Shown piece by piece: positions 37,932-48,399 of a DNA stretch of 64,000 nt. The number at the start of each line of letters is the position of its first letter. Within the stretch, counting starts at the first letter, position 1. The stretch is from Amoebophrya sp. A120. Its lineage: Eukaryota > Protista > Dinoflagellata. The notes beneath the pieces were generated by a model, which made no database searches, had not been told where the DNA came from, and was given only the letters and a program-made list of their open reading frames with translations. The stretch lies in assembly GCA_905178155.1 (NCBI GenBank), contig CAJINV010000001.1:10534311-10598310 (forward strand), given 5' to 3'. A program made the position numbers and the translations under genes.

Positions 37932-40900
37932 ATGGATTTGGAGGACGAGACCGGCCAGTATCAACTGCAAATACGTCTGGGTCTGGAAGAGTGAAACTTG
38001 TGATGCTGTCTGCGGATTCTAAAAATATCTGTGTTGCATGAGCAGCAAGAGTAGTCCAGTTCTTGGCACGCGGAGAGGGCATTTCTCATGCGTAATTAGC
38101 ATCAAGAAGCTCTCATAAAATCTGTCATGCTAGCACCAGCATCACAGACCTCACGGGTCACGCAAAATGTGCATGACAAGCCCCGACTCTTCCAGACCTA
38201 GACATATTTGCAATGCATAGCCGGAGCACCGCTGCAAAGTCGGCCTCCACTGTGGCCGCGCGGGCGTATCAAATGTAAAAATGTCTGGCTCTGGGTCTGG
38301 AAGAATACAAACTTGTGATGCGCATTTCAGAACACAGAAAAATCTCTCATGCATAGGTAGCAAAAGCTGCCCACTTTCTGTCACCAAAATGCGGGATTTG
38401 TCATGCGGATTCGGCATGGCGGAAGCTTCTCGAAACCTGTGATGCTAGAGCTTCCATGCCAGCCCTTCTGTGTCATGCAAAAACAGCATGACTCTTCCGG
38501 ACCCAGACTCTTTTGCATTTGATAGGGCGACCGAAGATGCAAAAAACTTTCTTGTTTGGGGCAGTTGGCACGGGCACACCATTGAAAAGCCCTTGTTGAC
38601 GGAGAAAGTACGCGGGGCGGTGAAAAAGACGCTGATCGGCAAAACATACTGCGTCGTGCTCAGGACAGATGGAGTCTGCGTCTCCTGGGGCGAGAGCAAG
38701 CAGGGTAAAGATAATGTCGAATCTTGCTGAGAAATGCTTTCGGAATAATCAATGTTGTTCTATCGGATTGCGAAATGACTGCCGCACAAGAATCTTGACT
38801 GGCCATGCGAACAACAAGCAAACTACTCAGGCTGCCTCGGAGTCGGACAAGAAACGACTACTTCCATCGACCCAAAAACGGTGCGCATACCCGATCGCGT
38901 CGTGGATATCGCCCAGGGCGGGAAGCACGTCCTCGCCTTGACACAGGCAGGCAAGGTGTACAGCTGGGGGCACAACGAATTTGGCCAGCTCGGCGTCGGA
39001 GATTTGAGTGGGAAGTACACGCCAAAGGAGGTGACTGGGTTGTCCGACTCGGTGAAGCAAATACTGGCGGTTGATAACTGCAGTTTCGCGTTGACGGAAA
39101 AGGGCGATGTCTTCGCCTGGGGGGACAGCTTGTGTGGCCTGATCCCGATCGATTCCGAGGAGGACAATTTGATGACCGCGACGCCGCTTCTAGGCCTGCA
39201 CCCCTACGCGATCCGCCACATCGACATCGTGCACGGGGACGAGGGACAAAAGACCATGATGGTATCCTGAGAAAAAAGTGTTACAGTGACACATTGTGTT
39301 GCAGGCCAAGCAAGACAGGCAAGCTCTGTCATGCCGGATATGCATAGGAGCCTCGCTTCATAGGTGTTTTCCCGTAGGATTTCATCTGCATTACTTTCAT
39401 GCAGAGAAATTTGTGTTGCTGAATTGACTACAAATGTGTATCTCTAACACTTTTTTCGTGGGATAGATGGCGTACATCGACTACTACGAGGCGGACGACC
39501 ACGAAGAGGGGCTGTTCACAGAACCGGCGGAAGACCACATGGAGGCCGAGGAAGCAGCGCTCGGCGGTGCGGGCGACGGACCCCCCGTGGAGGATAAAGA
39601 CAGCTTTCTCTTCCAGGGGATTCACATGCTGCGGGAGTGCCTGGACACGACAAAAGTTTGGTACGAAGAGATTACAAAGCTTCGTCACGGTATCGTACGA
39701 AAAAAGTGCTTCACTGTAAGTTTTGCATCACAAGTTTGTTCTACATGACAAGGAAAATTTGCCATGCAAGGTTCCTAAGGGAAAACACAGCTAAAAATCC
39801 ACTGTCTTGCATGTGTAGTATCAAGACAAACACTTGTGAGATACATTTTCTGCATTACAAGTTTACAGTGAAGCAGTTTTTTCTGGCGATACACGGAGCA
39901 CCCTACGAACTGGACGCGGACGATAACTTCTTGATATATCAAATGCAAAAATGCCTGGGTCTGGAAGAATACAAACTTGTGATGCGCATTTCGGAACACA
40001 GAAAAATCTCTCATGCATGGGTAGCAAAAGCTGCCCACTTTCTGTCACCAAAGTGGGGGATTTGTCATGCGGATTCGGCATTGCGGAAGCTTCTCGAAAC
40101 CTGTAATGCTAGAGCTTCCATGCCAGACCTTCTGTGTCATGCAAAAACAGCATGACTCTTTCAGACCCAGACACTTTTGCATTTGATATGATAAAAAGCA
40201 ATCCAATCGCAAACACGGAAGAGGAACTCAAGAAGATACGCGCAACGGAAGTCACGACCTACGACATGGACGCGAACTCGGCAGTGGAAGTGCTTTATTC
40301 CGCGTTGACTGTTTTTGACAAACTGATCAAGTGCCAAGAGCTGCAGAACAGGGAATTGAAGAAAATCGAGTCCAAAAGCGCGAAGTATACTTGTTAAGCT
40401 TGATTTCTGATTTTCCCGCCTCTATTTTTCTCGCCGGTGGCCGGGCGAAGCTCCTGCTCCAGCTCCACTTAGGTTAGGTGCCAAAAAATAAATGCCTGGA
40501 CATCGACGTTCTGTCGAATTTTAAGGTAAGAACCTCCAACATGTGAACATAATCCATTTCACATTCACAGGTTAGTGGGCGCGCTCTTCATGGAACTGTG
40601 CTTGCTTCGGCGGGAAAAAGTGCAGCGCACGATTCTCGCGAGGGATATGTTGACGAGAAAACAGCATGTCGAGAACCTGGCTGCTTTCGCGCAGACGGAA
40701 AAAAACAACAAAGAGCGGTACCAGCAGTGCATTTCGCAACTGAGGGACAACTCCAGGCAAATACGTCAAGCCGCCAGTAGACACGACACGGCGCTACTGT
40801 CTCTCCAGAACGCGCTGATTGAAAATTGTGAACTCAGAATAGCAAATCTGGACATGGAGCTACAAATGACGAGCCGTGTGGTTCCAGCGGGAGAACTGCA

Positions 40901-41401
40901 GGGGAACGCAATAGCGCAGCTGCGCCAAGTCTGGACAGACTTGAAAAGCTTCTCGTATACTTTGGTGGCTTTATTTCTCACTCATCGATACAACCACGAA
41001 CAACGAAGGAGAAGCAGACTTCTCCTTCATTCGATTTCTTGATTGGAAAAATTCAAACGGCACCATCAATTTGTAACACGCATCCTTCTAGGTTGACGAC
41101 CATGTTCGATGAAGTGGACGAAGCGGGCTTTGAAAGCGGACATCTGCATCAGCTCGTGCGCATGGTAAACACCAAGATAGACGGCGCGCTGGACCAGTTT
41201 TCTACCGACAATCAGCTCTTTGGACACGAAGGCGTACTGCCGACCTTTATCTATGAGCTGCTGATTGAAACTGGCGAGCTGCGCAAGGCGCTCCACGCAT
41301 ACCAACTTCGGACGTTGCTGAAAGAGAAACGCGAACTTCGCGCTGCCGGGCTTGCGGCTGCAAACGCAGACGCGCTCGAGGGGGAGACGCCGCGAATGTA
41401 G
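37932..41401 (+). CDS. RCC1/BLIP-II repeat protein with C-terminal coiled-coil region
   Basis: RCC1 repeats VVDIAQGGKHVLALTQAGKVYSWGHNEFGQLG and NCSFALTEKGDVFAWG. Interrupted by 5 introners and about 4 GT-AG introns (e.g. 38705-38830). Confidence 0.8.
37959..38219. mobile_element. Introner family A, inverted relative to 500-759; imperfect TSD GCCAG/GCCGG
   Basis: Interior is the reverse complement of the 500-759 copy; TSD at 37954-37958 and 38220-38224 has one mismatch. Confidence 0.9.
38267..38524. mobile_element. Introner family A, TSD GGGCG
   Basis: TIRs (left one has a 6-nt duplication); GGGCG at 38262-38266 and 38525-38529; removal restores AARA-TEDAK. Confidence 0.92.
39263..39465. 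mobile_element. Introner family D (TIR TATCC..GAAAAAAGTGTTA), TSD GATGG
   Basis: GATGG at 39258-39262 and 39466-39470; paralog at 56293; removal restores TMM-AYIDY. Confidence 0.92.
39691..39891. mobile_element. Introner family E (TIR TATCG..GAAAAAASTGYTTCACTGT), TSD CACGG
   Basis: CACGG at 39686-39690 and 39892-39896; removal restores LRHG-APYEL. Confidence 0.92.
39937..40188. mobile_element. Introner family A, TSD TGATA
   Basis: TGATA at 39932-39936 and 40189-40193; near-identical to 38267-38524; removal restores NFLI-KSNPI. Confidence 0.92.
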
Positions 41402-41979
41402 GTGTCAACTTCTTCTTACGCTCATGATGATGATGATAGTCTTGCCATTCCTTTGAGGAAAGCAGTGCTCTCAAGAATCTACGCATGTTTTCTTTTCCAC
41501 CAGAGACACTTGACATCAAACAAGAGTTCCTGGTAAACCCTTTTTCCGAGAAGTTTACGCTGCAAGGCGCAGACGCAGACGCAGAAAAAAAAATGGTATA
41601 GAATCCCCGCGCGAGTGAACATGGTCGTTGGCACGCAACGAGTTTGCAGCGACGAAACCTGTTCGCGTATGTTTGTTTCAGCAAGTAGTATGATATTTGC
41701 GTAGCCCTATCGTGCCCGTCAACAGCTACCGGCAGAGTGAAATGCGATCGTCGAGGGTCTCAACGAGTGATGATCGTTCGCATTCGTTGGATTGTCATCA
41801 CGCCATCGTTTTTTGACTACAACCACATGCGTCGCTTTCCATTTGTCCTGTCGACTCCCGACCCAACTTTGGACTCAACATTTCCACTAGTGGGGAGGGC
41901 GCAGCAGGGCAGCTTTCACCACAGGCTCGAGTAGAATGTGCTGTAGGTGTGTTATGTCGAACTAAGCGTAAAAGTCACC

Positions 41980-44900
41980 ATGAGTGAAGACCCCTTATTG
42001 GGCAACATCGCCGGGGTGGTGGCCGGGTCCACGGTGCTGGACGGCAGTGGCTCGGACGATCCACGGCCGCGGGCGATTGAGAAGCTCGTCGCAAACCCGC
42101 ATTATTCCACCTGCGTTCTGCACGCGCGCTTCGTTTCCGACCATCATTGGAACCAGTCACCCACGAAGAAATCCAGCAGCTCGTCGTCCCCTCCCCCGAA
42201 CGACGATGTGGGTGTCGAACTCGACCGCAGTCGGGCGGTCACACGCACAGCGAGAAGCAAAATCAGCTTGCTCAGCGGGATTTTCGAGGTAGGTATGATT
42301 CACGTGTACTTGCTGTGAAAGACTGTATGATGAAAATATCGAATCGGTTTCACATGGCAAGACTCGACTAGATCTTTCTTCTTTTTCACCTGCAGCTGCA
42401 CAATTTTTCTTTAGGTCTCTTTTTCCCAACCGGTGCAAGACGGACCTGTTCCGTCCGACGCCGTGTTCGTTGTGTTTGAGTTTCTGAAGGACGATAGCTG
42501 TATCATCCACGTGCCCGGATACGACCACGACATACGGGTAGACAATTGGAAGCAGCAGTTCGACCTCGATGCCGACCAGAGCCCGGCAAGTCCCAGCAAC
42601 GCGAAGATCGCGGAGAACTCCTCACATTTGCGGGCCTTGCACACCGCGAAGAGAATAAGGAAATTGATCCTGTTTCACGTCAAACAAACTATCGCAGACA
42701 AGGCGTCCGCGAGGAATCAGTGGCGGTCGGAGTACGGAATTGACAGTATATCCAGGAAAAAACACCCATCCCCATCCAATTTGTCATGCAAAACATGCAT
42801 AAAGTGCAGCGTTTGTCATGCGAAAAATGGATGGGGACGGGTGTTTTTTCCTGGATACAGTATTCTGACTTCCTACGAGCAGGAAAGGCTAGTTCCGCCG
42901 CCCGCCGTTGTGGAAAAGCTCGTGGCGACACCGGAAAGGGCGCCGTCGATGCCAGACGAAGATATGGGCCCTCCGGATCTCGCCGCGCAGACGGAGGTAC
43001 TTATTGAAAATATGGGCTTGATAGAGTCTCCACCAGCTGCTCTCCTGCTGCATCATAATCACGCTCCGCTGTGGTTGTTGTGGCATCGTGGCGAAGTGAA
43101 ATAATCTTCAGGACTTGAAATAATGAATTGCATCAATGTCCATTTCAGGCCGCCAAACTGATAAATCTCGGCGAAATATTCGACGCAGCGGACGAGGAGA
43201 GCGAGGGTATCTTGCGACATGGCGATCTTTTGAACTTGCTCGAGGCCACCTTGTGCGGTCCGACGAGCACGCTCCGGCCCTGGGATATCAAGACCATCAT
43301 GGCAACCATACCGGATGACGGCTCAGGTGTGGGCTTTACCTTTGCATTTTGAAAGCTGGATCTTCACATTTCCACCTCGTTATTTCTCGTCTGTTTTATT
43401 CCGCAAAGGCACATAAACGACGCACGTCATCACATGATCAGGTCTGATCGACTACATCCGCGATTGTGACGGCATTCCGGCCGCAGTGAAAAACTGCACA
43501 AAAAGAAGAGAAGCCTACTACTCCCGATTTCCCGACCGAAACGTTCCTTCAGACGACGATGTCGCAGACATCCCGGACTACCTCCGGTTCTCGAAAATTC
43601 TCGAGGCCGTCGAGATGCTCGAGGGTATTCACTTACAACGCAAGTTTTCTCTTGCTGCGAATGAGTGCTATTTTGCAACGAACGACGACGAACCATTTCT
43701 TTGATCATGTGTCTTCATCGTCACAGCCCGCTGTTCTTTGTTTCTAAACAGGTGATGAAATCAGCGAAACCGCTCGTGTGGTCATGGAGATGTGCTCCGC
43801 CAGTGATCGGAAAAACACCGGGTACGTCGACCGCCCGACGCTGCTCACCGCGCTCACAGAAAAACCAGAAAGGATAACGAACCAGGAACGCCTGCTATTG
43901 ATGCAGCTCGTGCCCGAAGTCGTTGTCGAGTCCTCGGACAAAAGAGTCGGAGGACCCTCGACGGGAAAGGTATACTTTGTCCTCTCTTAGGGGTTTCGTG
44001 TGTTCTTCTTCTTGCACTCTGTGAGCAGGAGAAATGTACTTCTTTTGACCACAAGGAAATACCGTTAGTTCACGACATTTTTTTCTAACATCAGCTTGGT
44101 ACAAAGCCAAAGCAAACGCAAAACAACCAAATCCAGGTTCGCTGCCAGTACGAAGTGTTTCGCGACACGATGACCCACCTCCGCACGGAGAAGGTTTTGT
44201 CCCCGCTGTCCGAAACGGACCACAAGAAGGTGTACTCGGAGATCGTGCAATCCGTCCGCATCCGAGAACTCGGGGAGACCTGCGGCGCCTGGGTCTGGCG
44301 CGAGTTGCTGCTGGAATTGAAGAGCTTGGCGCTGAGCATGAAAGAAATTCACATCATTCTGTGCGTTTTGCCCATGGACGAGCACGGACAGGTGGATGTG
44401 GTATCTGCGGTGCGGATTTCCGTCACCCTGATCGACTGGTTTTTCGACCCCGAACAGTACCACGCGCGGGCCCACATGATTTTAGAGCAGGTCGAAGCGG
44501 AAAAGAAGCGGCGGGAGTTGGAGGAACTGCAGGAAATGAGCGGGGTCCGCAAATCGAAAGCGAACGAGGGCGGGGTAGCAGAATTTTTTATGATTTTAGA
44601 ATGCACTAGCTCTAGCAGCACTACTCGGTTGTAGGTTCCTTCGGTCGTTTGTTTACGTTATTCGTGATGGAGTCAAAGTCTTTACATACGTTCGTAAACA
44701 GGAGGAAGAAGAGTACATCGACCTGGCCCTCCGTGACAACCGCGAAGAGCTGGAGAAAAATCTTGTCGCTATCATGCAGACGCTGGACGAAGACAAAACC
44801 GGTTTTCTCCCGGCGCCGCTGATCTTGAAGCAGCTGTTGTCCGATTGGGAACGGGGTTTTCCGGGGGGAGGCTTGACGTGGGCGGAGAAGCGCGGTTTCA

Positions 44901-45659
44901 TGGGGCAGTGCGTCATCGAAGAGGAAGACCAAGTGCAGTATTCGAAACACATCAAGACCTGGATTCCCATCCTGTTTGAGCTGCGAAAGAACGCCAACTG
45001 CAAGAGATTATTGGAACACGAGAACGTGTTTGAGCTCGGGCTGGTATACTTAAATTTACGATTTTTCCTGACGAATTTGGGATTGAAAAGAATAACAGCA
45101 ATGCCCACATGTGCGGCCTCGCTCTGTACAAGAATAATCGTATGACTATTCCCAATGTTTCAGATCGACATGTTGGACCTCGGTATGTACGAAAGGGAGT
45201 TCCCAGTTTTCTCCAGTACTCACGCAAGAGCCAGCAAAGGCCGCGGAGGTGCCTTCGGAAGCAAGAGGAGAATATCAGCGGTAAGTATTCGTCAAAAACT
45301 TTTTTGCTGTCTTCATCCGACTTGCTTATTTCACATTCACTCTGACGTTTTGACTCACAGTATGAATGAGTTTTCGTCAACGTGAATGAATAATACGAAA
45401 ACAGGACGACGGCGCCCGCCGTGGATCTCTCGACACCGGCGGATCGAAAGAACGCAGAAGCTCTAAAGTGCCCCGTGGGTCCGTACTCCTTGCTAAGAAC
45501 TCGGCTCTCCGGGCTAGTTCGAAAGCACAGGTGCCCGTTGTGGAACCGAAAGAGCTCGAGCTGCGACCAGGCGAGTCGCGCGCCGACCGGCGACGCAGGC
45601 TGGGTCCGGACAAATGCGCGGGGGCGTTGGGGGGCAATGGGGAAGGCCATGAAAAGTAG
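41980..45659 (+). CDS. Multi-EF-hand-like protein, multi-exon
   Basis: EF-like loops DAADEESEGILRHGD, DRKNTGYVDRPT and DEDKTGFLPAP. Several GT-AG introns (first 42289-42414) plus introner 42749-42857; internal exon boundaries are partly approximate. Confidence 0.62.
42749..42857. mobile_element. Short introner family F (TIR TATCCAGGAAAAAACACCCRTCCCCATCCA), TSD CAGTA
   Basis: 109 nt with ~30-bp TIRs; CAGTA at 42744-42748 and 42858-42862. Confidence 0.9.
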
Positions 45660-46269
45660 GGAATTTGTTTCAGAAAACAAGGGGCTTCAGGAGGTCATCT
45701 TCATGCGACGCAGTCTTTTTACTAGTACCGGCCAAAATTGATACAAGAAACTTAATAAATACAGTTACAGCCTGATAGCAGGTTCAAGAAAATTAGTGAT
45801 AAAAGTGAAAAGTCGAACTTCTACGAACACCTACAGAATAACTGACGTCAACAACAGCTACGTCTGAAATCAGGACTTAACATGCAAGAAACAGTCATGA
45901 GCCAGATTTTGGTTTTCCTTGAGCACAAGGTTTCATGTGCATTCAAGGAAATTTTCTTAAACCTCGTCAAATGAATGTCAACGAATGCTTGCTGCTTCTT
46001 GCTCTGCGCATACCATGTCCATACACAGATGCGGTACCCGTCTTTCATTCGCCCAGTGTCTCTCTCTGTACTCATTCGAAGACCCGACTTTCTTGTTGTG
46101 GTAGCATCAAAAGCAGAAATCGTTCGAAAAGAAAAGTCGAATACCGACCTGCATCTCGGTCAACACTAGAAAATGAAATAGAACATCAAAGAAACTTTCA
46201 CGAAGACAAAAGCTCCCCTGCCTACAACTTTTCCCTCGAAAATAGAACCCCCTATCGAGCATCAACAGG

Positions 46270-47735
46270 ATGGCCGCAGAAATTGACCTAGTTTGCGGCG
46301 AGAGCATGACCGCAGTCGTTTGCTATGGCCCCAGGGATTACCGATTGGAAATTGTGCCGAAGCCGACGCTGCAAGACCCCGGCGAGGTACTGCTTCGGGT
46401 TCTCGCCGTCGGCATCTGTGCCGGAGACAGCAAGTGCTATGCTGGCGCGGATCATTTTTGGAAGCCGGGCGAGTACGGAGAGAGCTACTGTCAGCCGCCG
46501 GTGATCCCTGGTCACGAATTTGTCGGCGAGGTTGTGGAAATTCAAGAAGGCGATCGTGGAACTACACAGGAAACGGACAAAACCTCTCTGAACAATAAAC
46601 CCTGGACCATTGGTGACTGGGTTACGGTTGAGCAGCTCGTTCCGTGCACGAGCTGTCGGTATTGCAAGCGTGGGCACTACAATATGTGCATGCCGCACGA
46701 CATCTTCGGGTTTCGGCAGAAGGCTTTCGGTGCGATGGCGGAATTCGTGAAGATACCGAAAAACGCTCTCATCCACGGACCTTTGTCCAAACAGACGCTA
46801 CCGCAGCACTTGGCTTTCTGCGAACCCCTTGCCTGTGCCGTACACGCTGCAAATCGGGCAGACGTAGGCTTCGATGACGTCGTTGTGGTGAGCGGCTGCG
46901 GGCCGATCGGCTTGGGAGCGCTTGCAGCTTGCAGGAGGAAAAACCCAAAGACGCTGATCGCGTTGGATCGATTTCCACGAAAGCTTGAGGTCGCCAAAAA
47001 GTGCGGCGCAGACGTTGTCATAAACGTTGCGGAAGAAGGTAGAGATGATATCTTGACTTCTGTCTTTTGCGCCGGTGCTGCTAGGACAGTCAAAGAGAAG
47101 CAACTAAACCGCAGAAGCAGCACAGCTTTTGCTGCAAAAGATTGCAGCACGTGCCCTGAATGCTTCTTTCGACCGCGCGCCGTCTCGCTGCCACACCGCG
47201 CGCCGCGCCGCGCCTGCCCTCACATCTGTCTCCCGCGCCACGTAGCTTGAAAGCTAGATGACGTTGCTGATAAATATCGACTCGAGGTGAAAGATCCACC
47301 CTTTCTTGCTGGAAGATGTTCTCTATCCCACTTCTATCAGACGCGATTGCCATTGTGAAGTCCCTCACAGAGGGCTACGGCTGCGATAAGTACATCGAAG
47401 CAGCGGGCCATCCGGGCAGCGTCGTGCAAGGGCTCCAAATGATTGCGAGAAAAGGCGTTTTCGTCGAGTATGCCGTCTTTGGCACCCAAGTCACCGCGGA
47501 TTGGACAGTGATATCTGATGCGAAAGAGATCGAGATTCGTGGGGGACACTTGTCGCCGAACACCTTTGCCCCAGCGATAAGACTTCTGCAAGAAATGCCA
47601 CTGGCAGATATCGTCACGCACGTTCTGCCCTTCACGCAATTTCAAGAAGGGTTCCGCCTCGTAGATGCAAGCAGTGAAAGCATCAAGGTTGTGCTGGTAC
47701 CGCCGTCAAATCCGGCAGGAGATAGTGCCGTGTGA
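46270..47735 (+). CDS. Zinc-binding (MDR) polyol dehydrogenase, erythritol/L-threitol dehydrogenase-like (~387 aa)
   Basis: GICAGD and GHEFVGEV catalytic Zn ligands, structural CxxCxxC...C cluster, GCGPIGL NAD-binding motif. GT-AG intron 47039-47340 restores EED-AIAIVKSLTEGYGCDKYIEAAGHP. Confidence 0.88.
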
Positions 47736-48045
47736 ACAAGCTAGTAGCGACCGAAGCGATTGCAAGGATTGCAGCTAGAACATCAACTTTCACGCACAGC
47801 GCGGAAGCTCGCAAACTTTGTTCGCGACCCGTTCATATGCTGTCACATGAATATCGGTACTCTATCAATCGGTTTTACCTGTATGTTTGTCGGTGTTTGC
47901 CGTGTCGTCGGTCGGTTTTCCCAACGAAATAAAATACGAATCGGTGATGCAAAGATCGGCGATGCGAAGAAGTCACCTGGCAGCATTCACAGTAGTGGTC
48001 GCTCATTCGGTTCAAACAAATGATGCGTATGTCCTGTGGGTGTGG

Positions 48046-48075
48046 TCTACCTAGCTACCTACCTACCTACCTACC
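48046..48075. repeat. (CTAC)n microsatellite
   Basis: ctacctagctacctacctacctacctacc in an intergenic region. Confidence 0.7.
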
Positions 48076-48399
48076 CCGTGTGATCGGTGGCAGTGGAATT
48101 TGTGGTGGCCTTCTCTGCAACACCATTGTCGGTTTTTTTAGAATTCTGTTACTTGAGCATCACTGCCACAAGATGGGCAATCTTCTCGATAGAAGTTCTC
48201 ACCACAACATGCTCCAGTTTATTCCCTTGTTGTCTTATTCGCTATCGTCGAAGTGGTAGTGGACAACACTGTAATTATTATGCATTGACTCCTATACCTA
48301 TTCCAATTCGAAGATCCCAAAAATTAAGAACTTCCTTTTTGATCACACGAACCCCAACGGTCAATCTTTTTCTTGTGTGACTAACTATTGTGCATCAAG

